A stretch of DNA of 64,000 bases from Octopus sinensis (taxonomy: Eukaryota): positions 93,992,001-94,056,000 of the forward strand of contig NC_043000.1 of assembly GCF_006345805.1 (NCBI RefSeq). Reading direction: 5' to 3'. Position 1 is the stretch's first letter. Every line of letters begins with the position of its first letter. Shown in pieces: positions 1 to 11,568 of the stretch. The position numbers and the translations under genes are program-made. Below the pieces are notes generated by a model that searched no databases, was not told the DNA's origin, and saw only the letters and a program-made list of their open reading frames with translations.

Positions 1-234
1 CAAGTAAAGGAAAACACACACACACACACACACAAACACACACGTTTTTCTGAAGTATCCAAAGATGCAGATTCAGTCCTCGAATGTTGCTTATATAAAA
101 TTCGTAGAAGGCATAATATTGTATTATAACTCACATGCGAGTTATAAGTTTAATTATAAAAATAATCAAGTATGCGTGAAGTATGTTTGTATCAACATGT
201 GGTATATGTGTGTGTAGCTTTTATCTGTTATTTT

Positions 235-451
235 TTTTACATCTTTCAGTCATTATATTATGGCCATGCTAGAGCACTGCCTAGTAGAAGTTTTAGTACT
301 TCTTTTTAAGCCCGGTACTTATTCTATTGAACTCTTTTGCCAAACCACTAAGTTACGGTGACGGAAACAGAGGAACACCGTTTCTCGAGCGGTGGATGGG
401 GACAAACATAGATACAAACAAACATACACACATGCACACACAAACACACAG

Positions 452-504
<53 letters not shown>

Positions 505-665
505 CACGACGAGTATATTTCAATTTCCATCTACCAAATTCTCTCACAAGGCTTTGTTCGACCCGAGGCCATTGTAAAAATCACTTGCCCAAGGTGCCAC
601 GCACGGGGACTGAATCTAGAACCATGTGGTTGGGAAGCATGCTTCTCACCACACAACCACACCAG
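235..665 (-). mobile_element. tRNA-derived SINE family A, diverged copy with internal (CA)n/(TA)n
   Basis: Reverse complement matches the copy at 14774-15188: head, ccttgggcaagtg CORE-like block, gtgag..atttggtaga block and tail ending gactgaaa. Confidence 0.85.
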
Positions 666-679
666 AACTTGTACCGAAC

Positions 680-1062
680 TGGAAGAACTTGTGACAAACT
701 TTGAGATTGTAAGTTACACAAACAGTAGAATGGAGCGCCACTGCATAGTACCAACGATCCCAATATTGCTATCATGATACAAGACGAGATACTACAACAG
801 CCTAGGTTTCAACGACTCACAGCTCTTCAATATCCTCCAACGAAGCCTGTGAGACCTACATGGTGTGGATGTAGGCGTCTTCAAAACAAAACTGGATCTC
901 TTCCCATCAACAGCTACACCAAGAGTTCCAGTGTGAGCAGTAACATGAACCTCCATCCTCCACCGAATTCCACATAAAAGAGGTTTAGTGAAAGTGTAGT
1001 AAAGCAAACGGTGTTGCCCAAGCATGGCCGCAGGTGTTGAACTGAAACAAGTAAAGGAAAAC
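680..1062 (+). mobile_element. CR1/L2-group LINE 3' fragment (ORF2 C-terminus plus 3' UTR), decayed
   Basis: One frame reads NSRMERHCIVP..TRYYNSLGFNDSQLFNILQRSL*DLHGVDVGVFKTKLDLF, matching the CR1/L2-type pattern SL..RGP.LFN.LP..FK..LD. Internal stops present. Confidence 0.75.
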
Positions 1063-1212
1063 AATATATGTATACATATGGATATACACAGACATGAGAG
1101 AAGCATAGACACCACATAAAACATTGTTTTATGTTTATTTAACTTGAAAAGGTTTATATATTTTTTTAATGGACATTTTTATATTTCAGGTTCAATATGT
1201 GACTGTTTAATC

Positions 1213-2211
1213 ATGTCACGTACAAAAGAAGCTTTTGGAACCGTCAAATTTCAAAGTGGTCGTATTGTGTGTTAATCTGAAGGTCGACTCAGTCAGCGTA
1301 AAATCGCAGAAAACCTTGGGATCTCGCTTTCTACAGTTAATAGGGTGAACGTGCATTTCACTAGAGAGGGGAAGGAGTCCACATCGTCTTGCCCAGGTTG
1401 ACCAAGGCCCTCTGACAGGATTCTGCGTTTTTAAGTGAAGTGTGGAGGATAATCCTCATTGCAAGGCCTCTGACATAGCAGGACAAGTTGATGTCAGTCC
1501 GAGAACAGCTGTCAGGTATCTCCACGAACTTAGCTAATATAGCAGAGCAGCAAGTCACTTCTACCAGCCAATATCAAGAGGGAAAATGATTGGGCAAGTG
1601 AAATGATGAAGTGGCCGCCATCATTTTGGGACACTATCATATTTTCTGATGAGTCCATATTTGTTGTAGCTTCTGACAGTGGTCGAGTGTGGGTCCGGAG
1701 ACTCTATGATCAAGAATTTGATGTGACAGATTGCTGCCAACAATAAAACAAGGCAGCTATTCTGTGATGGTCTGGGGATTAATTTGGAACAAGGGTCATC
1801 AGAGCTGGTGGAGTGTGGTGGAAACATAAATTCAGATAAATATGTGTCCATATTGCAGAAAGGACTCCTACCAATCTTCTTCAATGGTGAAATTATTAAA
1901 GAACATGCTTTATGGGATTCCTTTCACACAGCTAAATAGAATGAAGATTAGTTGGAAAATAATGGCATTAAAAACTTCCGTAGCCATGCCAGTCACCAGA
2001 TGTAAAACCTATTGAACACTTCTGGGGCATAATGGATATAACGCTTCATGAAAAGAACAAGAAAGCATCCTCAAAATCATTTTTTTTTTTGAGGTTATTG
2101 CATGAAACTTGGAAAGAAATTCCCCAAGAGAATATTCATCATCTGATCAGTAACGTGCTCTATAGGATCCTTGCACTGAAAAATGCAAAGGGCATGTCTA
2201 CTAAATTTTAG
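1213..2211 (+). pseudogene. Tc1-family transposase relic
   Basis: Motifs in order: HTH ([19 protein letters not shown]), WDTIIFSDESIF, SVMVWG, INSDKYVSIL, PCQSPDVKPIEHFW, and C-terminal KNAKGMSTKF*. Stops and frameshifts throughout. Confidence 0.92.
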
Positions 2212-2728
2212 ATATTTACATTATAGTAATTAATAGATAATTTGAATGTATAATTTCAGATTTAAATAAATTTTAATGATTATAAGAGTATGCTTATATT
2301 CAAACTGTCTTGCATCTTAATACCTGAATCATAGTAATATATATACTAATAGTTTGTGGGCGTTTGTATATGTGCATGCGCCGTATGTGTACATGTGTAC
2401 ATGCATACATACATAAGTACATATGTGCATACGTACATAGACTTATTATGTATATATATATGTGTGCATGTGTATGAATGCATGCACTTGCATATATACT
2501 GAATATATATATATATGTGTGTGTGTGTGGTGTGTGTGTGTGTATGTACGTACATACAAGCATTTAAGTATTGCAAGTTTTTGGATAATTTTCGATTTTA
2601 AAAGTTGGCATCTTTTTATTGCCGACGAGGGGCTGTGTCTGCGCAGTAGATTTTGAAAACATTAGGATGTATAAACAAGAGGCACATAGTTGATTGCCTC
2701 GTGTTTTATATATTTAATCTAAGGTGTA

Positions 2729-2801
2729 CCTGCTGACGAAAATTTCGGCTAGCGAATATTATTTATTTGGTAAACTAAAATAAGAAACCAATTGGTCCAG
2801 G
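2729..2801 (+). ncRNA. Type I hammerhead-ribozyme-like motif with palindromic stem III
   Basis: cctg-CTGACGA-(44 nt forming two hairpins)-GAA-ACCAATTGGT-C-cagg. Stem I is cctg/cagg, both core boxes are canonical, and the putative GUC site ends at 2797. Confidence 0.6.
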
Positions 2802-2938
2802 AAACTAGATGGTTAAAGCTTTTATTTTTTCATTTCGTTCCTGTCGGGATTTTATCCCTAATTTTGTGGTTATAGAACCTAGCTGTTCTTTCTAGCATGT
2901 TGAATCCTATAAGTGGATCCCTTATGTGTTAAAATGTA

Positions 2939-2998
<60 letters not shown>

Positions 2999-3007
2999 TA
3001 TATATAT

Positions 3008-3040
<33 letters not shown>

Positions 3041-3357
3041 GTATAATGTATGTATGTTATGCAGGGCAGGCTTCACAAAACGTGAACAACATGAAATACG
3101 AGACAAAGTTGGGTATGCGAACAACAAGAGAAACAAATAGAAAACAAGACAAGTAACATAAAGAACGACCCTTCATCAGTTGTCGGTTGTTTATCTACTC
3201 CATTTTCGAGCAATTAACGACAGTATGAGGCTCACGCGAACCAAAATAAAATTTGGGATTTTTCGGAGGGTAAAAGCTAGTAACAAAAGAAAACAGCACA
3301 GTGGAGACATACAATAAACCAAATGAAAACAAACATATATATATCATACATATATAT

Positions 3358-3475
<118 letters not shown>

Positions 3476-4173
3476 ATTATATATATATATATATATATAT
3501 GTATATGTATATCTATATATATATATATATATGTATATATTATCCACAGATTAAATTTTAAGTTATAGCTAAACCAGTATTCAAAGCCAAAGTGACGATG
3601 CCACAAATTAATGCTGTTATTTTCGAGTGCAATGGCCTTTTTCATATCACTTAACATCTATTTGTCAAGTAAATTACGATGTAGAATACTTACCGGGGCG
3701 TGATGATATAACGAAATATAGTCATTATAATAAGGAACAACACGGAAAAATATGTACGTGAATATCAAGCTTGGTTCTTAATAATAAGTGTAGAATTACT
3801 GAGTCGTAAATACTTTAGACAAATGGCGTAGAATTTTAGTGTTTGAATAATATACGTGAATGTAAAATACTGTTAGGAAGAATTAAAATAAATTATTTAT
3901 GTCTTTTGTTTTTGTGGGTTATTTTTGTCTTCATTTACACACAAAAACATACACGTACGTACATAGACATACATACACAGGAACACAGACGCACACACAC
4001 AAAAGCACATACTTCTGCACCAACAAACGTATTTGGCGTGTTTACTTAATACTAGATTAAGTATTAAAATGCGTCAAATTACATTGTTTTATTTCTAGAA
4101 GTGAATCTTTCAAAAATGATGCTCTTATTTTCTTTTGAGATGTCTGAGTACACACACACACACGCACACCACA

Positions 4174-4243
<70 letters not shown>

Positions 4244-5276
4244 TATATATATATATATATTTATATATAAATTTAAATTTATGTAAGTAAACTTACGTAA
4301 TACGGTAATAGTGAAACATGTATGCGAATAATACCTATTTTTATTGCTTTTTCTTCTGCCTTGCTCGATTACGTTTTGGTTGTTTTGCTAAATTTTTATT
4401 GAGAACATTTTTTAGTGGTAAGACCATAGCGGATCTATTTCTAGCATAAGGGTGTCCACATAGTGTTTCCTTCTAATATGTATATATTATATATTATATA
4501 TATATATATTATATATATGCATGTGCCTATATGTATATATACATTCGTGATATATATATAATATATATATATATATACAAAAATATACATGTTGCGTGTG
4601 TGTGTGTGTATATTTATATGTGTGTGTGCACACATACATACACACACACATAGACCCACATACACAACTAGATATGAGCATCTCTCCAATCTTCCATTTT
4701 TACAACAGTGACTCTACTCGAAACGTTTGTTCAATTCTTACACAAAAGACGTGTTTGTTATTTTTATCATCTATGACAATTACATTTTATCATCTATCTT
4801 AATAACGCTACTATAATACCTCCTTATTATACACCATGTTAAAGTTTTCAGTTTTATAAATAAAACCGAAAACATGATAAATAAAATACACAGATAAATA
4901 AACAAATAGAAATAAATAACTATATAAGTTTTTTTTATTAATTTAAAAGATTTTAAAAATGTATTATTATTATTATTATTATTATTATTACTAGTATTGT
5001 TGTTATACATACATACAAGCATACGTAATGATAATAATAATAAGTGGATGTAAACACATGAACAAAATAAGAATAAACAAAACAACAACAAAAACAAATT
5101 ACACGAACGTATATAAACAGAAGATACAAATATTACAGGCATCCCCCCTACACACACACTAACTAAACATAGACGCACATAGAGATATAAGCATGCGCAC
5201 ATGAAGACATACAATAGAAATACAACATGGCTGGCGGTTAGTAAGGAGAGACACAAATATGAAAGAAGAAAACAAA

Positions 5277-5321
5277 GGACCACTGATGCGGTCACAGGGG
5301 TGTGACGAAAAAACTCTGGCC
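5277..5321 (+). ncRNA. Degenerate hammerhead-like motif
   Basis: cca-CTGATGC-g-gtcac(aggggt)gtgac-GAAA-aaac-TC-tgg. A9 is changed to C and stem III is decayed. Confidence 0.35.
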
Positions 5322-5467
5322 GAAATAAGATTAAGATTAATGTAAAAAATAAATAACACTGAAGCAAAATAACACCAAATATTTAGTGCGTGTGTTTTTA
5401 TTGGCTAAACTGGCAAAATGACTATTCCGAAATATAACAATATTTACTATTTTATTTACTATTTTAT

Positions 5468-5536
5468 TACATGGACCCCCCAGAAATCTTATATGGACCC
5501 TCAAGAGCCATATAGACCCCGGTTGAAAACCACTGC
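5468..5536. mobile_element. hAT-type MITE terminus (one end only)
   Basis: ggttgaaaaccactg (reverse complement CAGTGGTTTTCAACC) preceded by repeated ggaccc subterminal motifs. Partner end not found. Confidence 0.55.
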
Positions 5537-5938
5537 TTTAAAATTTTTTGTCCCTATTAACTTTTCATCAACTATTCCCAGATCTCTTCAGATTTTGTTT
5601 TATTAGATTAATATTATTACAGTTTTGTAAGGTTCTTTACCAAGATTTTACTTCATTCAGCTTTCTAGCAATCGTTCTGTCTTTTCATTTCCATCTTTTC
5701 ACCTCTTGAACCCACTTACTTTTCCCGTTTTTATTTTCCTCCATGTTTTTCTTAACCTTCAACCCTAACCTGCCAGCGCTTTCTCTCTACATCTTCAAAC
5801 ACATTATCTACCTCATACCTTCTTTCTCTTAACATTATTGTTCCCTTCATTCTCTTACTTAACTCAGAAACTTACTACTTATTGAGAAATATCAAATTTC
5901 TAAATATCTCATAGAGATATGTACGGTGGTGGAGCGAT

Positions 5939-6133
5939 AGAGTGGTTGTATACTGTCAACTTAACGTGACAGTCCTGTAAGGGAATTACCTCACCGCTGT
6001 GACGCTTCCTGTCGGCCTTGACACATTTCCTGTCAAGGCCGACAGGAAGCGTCGATGCTTCCTAGGGCTAAACAGCGGTGGGGTAATTCGCTTACAAGAC
6101 TGTCACTTTAAGTTGACAGTATACAACCACTCT
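5939..6133. mobile_element. Fold-back palindromic MITE, about 195 bp
   Basis: Outer arms 5939-6000 and 6072-6133 pair with 4 mismatches. Inner perfect 23-bp stem 6001-6023/6031-6053 with a 7-nt loop. Confidence 0.8.
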
Positions 6134-6686
6134 TATTACTTATTTATTTACAATTTTTCTATCTCCATTCTTACCCCTCATTTGACTTCCCAAATTCTCC
6201 CTTAAAGTTTAGTTTTACTTACCTACTCAATTATATTTATCATAAATTTATTTCATATCTCAAACTCGTTACATCATTCTTTTTCCTTACCTTTAATCTA
6301 GACAATAATCAACACTAACAACATTTCCTCTTCTGTATTATTTGTCTTGATTTTCTTTTCTATACTAATTTTTTCCCACTTTGACACTTACCTCATTTGT
6401 ACTAATTACTATAAAATACTTCTTTAGTTATTTGTTCTTTAAAGATGCACTCTTACTTTAGTTCATTCCCATAAACAGTATGTTTTATAATGAGTAAATT
6501 TTACGCTGATGACCGTTAAAAATTACTTTATAGTTTCGAAGATCAGGTCATTAGGAAGTTATTCCATGTAAAAGAAATATTCAATATATTTTCCCATGAA
6601 ACATGTGTGCGTATGTATAGATCTACATGCATTAATGTTTACATGTGTATGTGTGTATAGTATGTAAGCTTATATATGTATGTATG

Positions 6687-6763
<77 letters not shown>

Positions 6764-6904
6764 TGAGTGTATTTTACCTTGATAACAATTAACACGGAAA
6801 TAAAATAAATAGTTACCAGGGCAGCAAAAATCTCACAAGTAAAGGTGTTGTAACTCCTTGTTTATAAAGGTAGAAACTTCGTGTTTACGTTGAATATTTG
6901 AATA

Positions 6905-7102
6905 ATATGAATAAAAAAAATGGAGTTAACGCAGGTGTAATCAAATATTTTTACTTTCGACACATGTTTCGAAAATTCCACTGATACTATTCAAAGGAAT
7001 AAATGGTAAACCTTTGAATAGTATCAGTGGAATTTTCGAAACATGTGTCGAAAGTAAAAATATTTGATTACACCTGCGTTAACTCCATTTTTTTATTCAT
7101 AT
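6905..7102. repeat. Near-perfect palindrome (92/93-bp arms, 13-nt loop) at the end of a TA-embedded insert
   Basis: Arms 6905-6997 and 7011-7102 are reverse complements apart from one base in an A-run. The right arm contains GAAACATGTGTC. Confidence 0.95.
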
Positions 7103-7301
7103 ATATCTATATATATATATATATATATATTCACATACATATACCACATATACATACATATGTACAAACGTACATGTATTATGTATATATATATGATAGA
7201 TATATTATATATATATATATATATATATGCATGTATATATATACATCTATCTATCTATCTACCTATCTATCTATATATCTATCTATCTATCTATCTATCT
7301 C

Positions 7302-7352
<51 letters not shown>

Positions 7353-7362
7353 GTATATATAT

Positions 7363-7608
7363 ATAAGGAAAATAAGACAAGGTAGGAAATGCTAAAATAA
7401 TTTTATCATGATAAACATTTTACTACTGGTTTCAGTCATTGCGACTTTTCCAACTTAGAGTAGAGACCGAAAAACAATTAAATTGTGGAAAAATTAAACA
7501 AAATTCTTTAAATTTAGATATTTCCATAGTTTTCAAGTACAAGGGACATTTTCCTTTCTTCCCTCTGTCTGACACTTTTTACTCTGGTGAAGGTAGTAGG
7601 TAGTAGGC

Positions 7609-7669
<61 letters not shown>

Positions 7670-8121
7670 AAAGAATATTTGACGCGAGTTTTTGGTTTAA
7701 GCATTAAGCAGCAGTAGCTGAAGAAGAAGACGATGAAATCTGTAGTCAGCGCATAAGGAAAGGGTCAAATTTTATCACAAAATATAAACCCCTTTTGAAT
7801 GCGTCCACCACAAATAACACTATTACAAAGGCCTTAGAATAATACCCACCCAAATATTAAGAACGATATATTCAGAACAGTCACTACCCATGAATTTATT
7901 CAGAACAATTCCAATCACTGCTATTGCAACTGAAATAGGTAATTTTTAGGTCACTTGACCATTTAAGAGGATACCACCATCCTACAATTGTTATACCACT
8001 CCCGGATTTTTTTTTTGTTTTTCTTCTTTTCCCCGTCTTCCTCGTCGTCCTCCTTCTTCTTCTTCTTCTTCTTCTTCTTCTTCTTCTTCTTCTTCTTCTT
8101 CTTCTTCTTCTTCTTCTTCTT

Positions 8122-8152
<31 letters not shown>

Positions 8153-8210
8153 GGCTACTGCTGCTTAAACAATGCTTAAACCAAGAACTCATGTCAAATA
8201 TTCTTTTATG

Positions 8211-8256
<46 letters not shown>

Positions 8257-8507
8257 GTACCTACTGCCTACTACCTACTACATTCACAAGAGTAAAAAGT
8301 GTCAGACAGAGGGAAGAAAGGAAAATGTCCCTTGTACTTGAAAATTATGGAAATATATTTTTTTTAATTTCATTATTTTTTCCACAATTTAATTGTTTTT
8401 CATGCTTTACTCTGAGTAGAAAAAGTTGCAAAGACTGAAACCGGTACTAGAATGTTCTCTATGATAAAATTATTTTAGCATTTTCTACATTTTCTTATTT
8501 TGCTTAT
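7363..8507 (+). mobile_element. 5'-truncated Penelope-like element with inverted pseudo-LTR
   Basis: About 370-bp imperfect inverted arms (7363-7730 and about 8140-8507). The spacer starts with RIRKGSNFITKYKPLLN (within 7741-7800), a GIY-YIG C-terminal R..KE..FI.K.KP.LN motif. The arms carry an AGTC/GACT stem followed by GAAACCGGTA. Confidence 0.75.
8054..8150. repeat. (TTC)n microsatellite inside the PLE 3' region
   Basis: About 32 uninterrupted TTC units. Confidence 0.98.
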
Positions 8508-8567
8508 AAATATCAACTCGTGGGTTCCTTTTCAACCTTCTACGCACATACACAGACGCACACATAT

Positions 8568-8845
8568 ATATGGGGTGAACCAAAAGTCACACACCAGAAC
8601 ACTCCACATTTTATTTATATCATGTTATTATTGTTATTATTGTTGTTGTTATTATTATTATTATTATTTCTTATTATTGTTATTGTTATTGTTATTATTC
8701 ATTGTGTTCATTATGTACAAGTACGTGTGTATTCATTATTATTTTAGCTATTTTATTCAATTTTAGAAAAAACTGAAACATGTCTTTCACACTTCGGGAG
8801 CGCACTAAACTTATTTTGCACGTGACGTTTTGCCCACCCTGTATA
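8568..8845. mobile_element. Tc1/mariner-type MITE relic
   Basis: TA-flanked degenerate TIRs: tggggtgaaccaaaagtcac versus reverse complement cagggtgggcaaaacgtcac. Confidence 0.5.
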
Positions 8846-9744
8846 TATATGTGTTTGTTTGTGTGTGTGTGTGTGTGTGTGTGAGAGTGTGTATGCGCGT
8901 GTGTGTGTATGAGTGTGTGAGTGTGTGTATGTGTGTATGTGTGTGTGTAATGAATATGTTAGTTCCCTCTTTAGAATATACCTACTCTTTATTCTGCACT
9001 TCTAATGCATTTATACACTTCCATATATTTTTAAAGTATGTTTAATAGCGTTAACAATCTACCTTTCAGACTTTAATTCTATTTAAATAATTTTTTAACT
9101 AGTTGTTTACCAATGTTAAATTCAATTCCACAAATGCTATTAACTTCACGACTACCAGGTTTTTTTTTTGTCGTATTTCTATAAATTTGATAAGCTAATT
9201 TTCCTATTGCCTGTACGCAGGTTTATAATTTATTTGTACTCGTTTAGGTGCTACTAATGTTTGGAAAATTACTTAAAATAAAGCTTTGAAAAAAACCCAG
9301 TAAAAATGACATAACTGAAGTATTTTTAAGTATTTAAATTTTATAATAAATTCGAAATTTAAACATTGCAAACCATGTCTTTATATATATTAAATTAATT
9401 TTTTGTAGTGTAAATTTATTCCGGAGAAAGAGCAATGCACCATTAATTTGTTGATCATATGACAAAATTGCACATTTCTCGAAGCTTAATTTTCTCAACA
9501 GAGCCCTACCATTGCGAAATAACTTATCATACATTTAGATATATACATACATACTTACATACACACACATACGCACACACATATACTTCTATATATATTA
9601 TATATGTATGTGTATATATACATATGTATATATATGTATATATATATATACGTATGTATGTATGTAATTATATATATGTGCGTGTGTGTATCGTCATATA
9701 TCGTCAGTAGTACATATACAAAGCTAAGCGCTTCATAGGAGCGA

Positions 9745-10054
9745 ATCCAATGGTCATTCTATGACCGGCCATAACTTTTAGATATACATAAATGACTTCT
9801 GTCATGAATGCCCTCTAGGACACAAATCCGGGCAAAGTTATATAAGGGAGACCAACGGTGACCCATGCATACCCTCATCCCGCCTCCACGCCACCAATGT
9901 TATTCAAGCGAAAGGCAAAGGCCGATGCAGCATAGCACCAGTGACGTTGCGGGAGCAACATGGAATAAGGTCTCTTGATCAAGAACACAGTACAGAGCCT
10001 GTCCGGGAATCGAACATTGTGAGCCGACGCTCTAATCATTGAGCTATACGCCTT
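9745..10054 (-). mobile_element. tRNA-derived SINE family C
   Basis: Minus strand reads ggcgtatagctcaatgattagagcgtcgg (A box), gttcgattccc (B box), then a CORE-like tgtgttcttgatcaaga block. Confidence 0.8.
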
Positions 10055-10080
10055 CTCTCTTTCTCTCTCTCTCTCTCTCT

Positions 10081-10226
<146 letters not shown>

Positions 10227-10319
10227 TATATATATAAGGAGAATTCACAAAAAAAGACGAAGATAGGTGGTGTAGACAACAAACAGAGGTATTAGTATAA
10301 CGCTCAGGAAGTGAAAAAG

Positions 10320-10355
10320 CTTTAACGTTTCGAGCCTACGCTCTTCCACAGAAAG
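10320..10355 (-). ncRNA. Minimal type I hammerhead-like motif with variant core, in a ~170-bp TA-flanked insert (10237-10405)
   Basis: Minus strand: cttt-CTGTGGA-a-gagc(gtag)gctc-GAAAC-GTT-aaag. Stems I and II are perfect 4-bp helices and stem III is a loopless ACGT palindrome. Confidence 0.55.
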
Positions 10356-10475
10356 AAACAACGAGAGAGAATAAAGAATGTGTAGTGGCTAGCGATCTGT
10401 CATACTTATATATATATATATATATATATATACATACATGTATATATATATACGTATATATATATATATATATAT

Positions 10476-10557
<82 letters not shown>

Positions 10558-10573
10558 ACACACATATATATAC

Positions 10574-10608
<35 letters not shown>

Positions 10609-10650
10609 GGTGTGTGTGTGTGTGTGTGTGTATACATACATGCATACATA

Positions 10651-11058
10651 GGGGCTGGCAAGGTTTTGTGGTAAAAGCTTGCTTCCAGCCACCAGATTCC
10701 AAGTTCAGTCCCACTGCATTGCACCATGGGCAAGTTTCTTCTACGATCACCTCGGGTCGACCAAAGCCTGTGAGTGGATTTGGTAGAGAGAAACTGAAAT
10801 ATATATATATGTATATGTGTGTGTGTATGTGTATGCATGTATGTATTTGTGTATGTGTGTTTGCGTTCGTCTCCTAGCATCACTTGATAACAAATGTTGT
10901 TATGTTTACATGTCCGTAACTTAGTGGATTGGCAAAAAAGATTTATAGAATAAGTGCTAGGCTTACAAAGAATAAATCCTGGTTCTGTCTAAAACTCTTT
11001 AAGGCGATGCTCCAGCAAGGCCGTAGTCAAATGACTGAAACACGTAAAATAATAACAG
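10651..11058 (+). mobile_element. SINE family A copy
   Basis: Head with gttcagtccc B box, gtgagtggatttggtaga block and tail aaatgactgaaacacgtaaaa. Confidence 0.88.
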
Positions 11059-11067
11059 AATATATAT

Positions 11068-11429
11068 AGCAATAATAAATCTCTGAACGAGATGTAAACA
11101 GTAACTGCTCGACAACGTAAAATATACTAGCCATCCCAATGTGGCTAACCACTAAGGGTGGGTGTTACTGTAGCTTTTAGCCCCAGAGGATCATCGTCTC
11201 CAGCTGGCTTTAGGCACACTTTCTGTGCCCTTATGGTATTTGCAAAGGGAGGTCATCCCTCTCTCGTAAACCTAAATGACACGCACGGACTGCAGTTTCT
11301 AGCTATTAGCCAGTCTTCGGCGTACGGCAGTCACGGTTTACGATGAAAGGGAGACCTGTTTGCAAATACTTATTGTTTTTCTAGTAACTTCCGTCACTGA
11401 TTTCGAAAAACTGTCTGCAAGCAATAATA
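11068..11429. mobile_element. Unclassified, highly structured ~360-bp insert (duplicated at 11987-12348)
   Basis: Bounded by the direct repeat agcaataata. Long hairpin 11236-11369 plus small hairpins. Shares about 50 bp with the Helitron at about 22349-22398. Confidence 0.5.
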
Positions 11430-11510
11430 TAATATATATTATATATATATATATTATATATATTATATATATATATACACACATATATATACATATATAT
11501 ATATATATAT

Positions 11511-11549
<39 letters not shown>

Positions 11550-11568
11550 ATACATACATGCATACATA

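Noticed and set aside
3160-3230. Minus-strand GAAA...CTGATGA suggesting a type II hammerhead
   Set aside because: No stem III or UH arrangement can be built, and the GAAA lies inside a competing tgtcg/cgaca hairpin.
5545-6480. Purine-rich minus-strand stretch resembling decayed LINE coding sequence (similar hints at 29230-29610, 29870-30050 and 62340-62830)
   Set aside because: No diagnostic motif could be read with confidence.
6507-6554. CTGATGA followed by GAAG
   Set aside because: The box is itself paired in a ctgatgacc/ggtcattag hairpin, and stems I-III cannot be formed.
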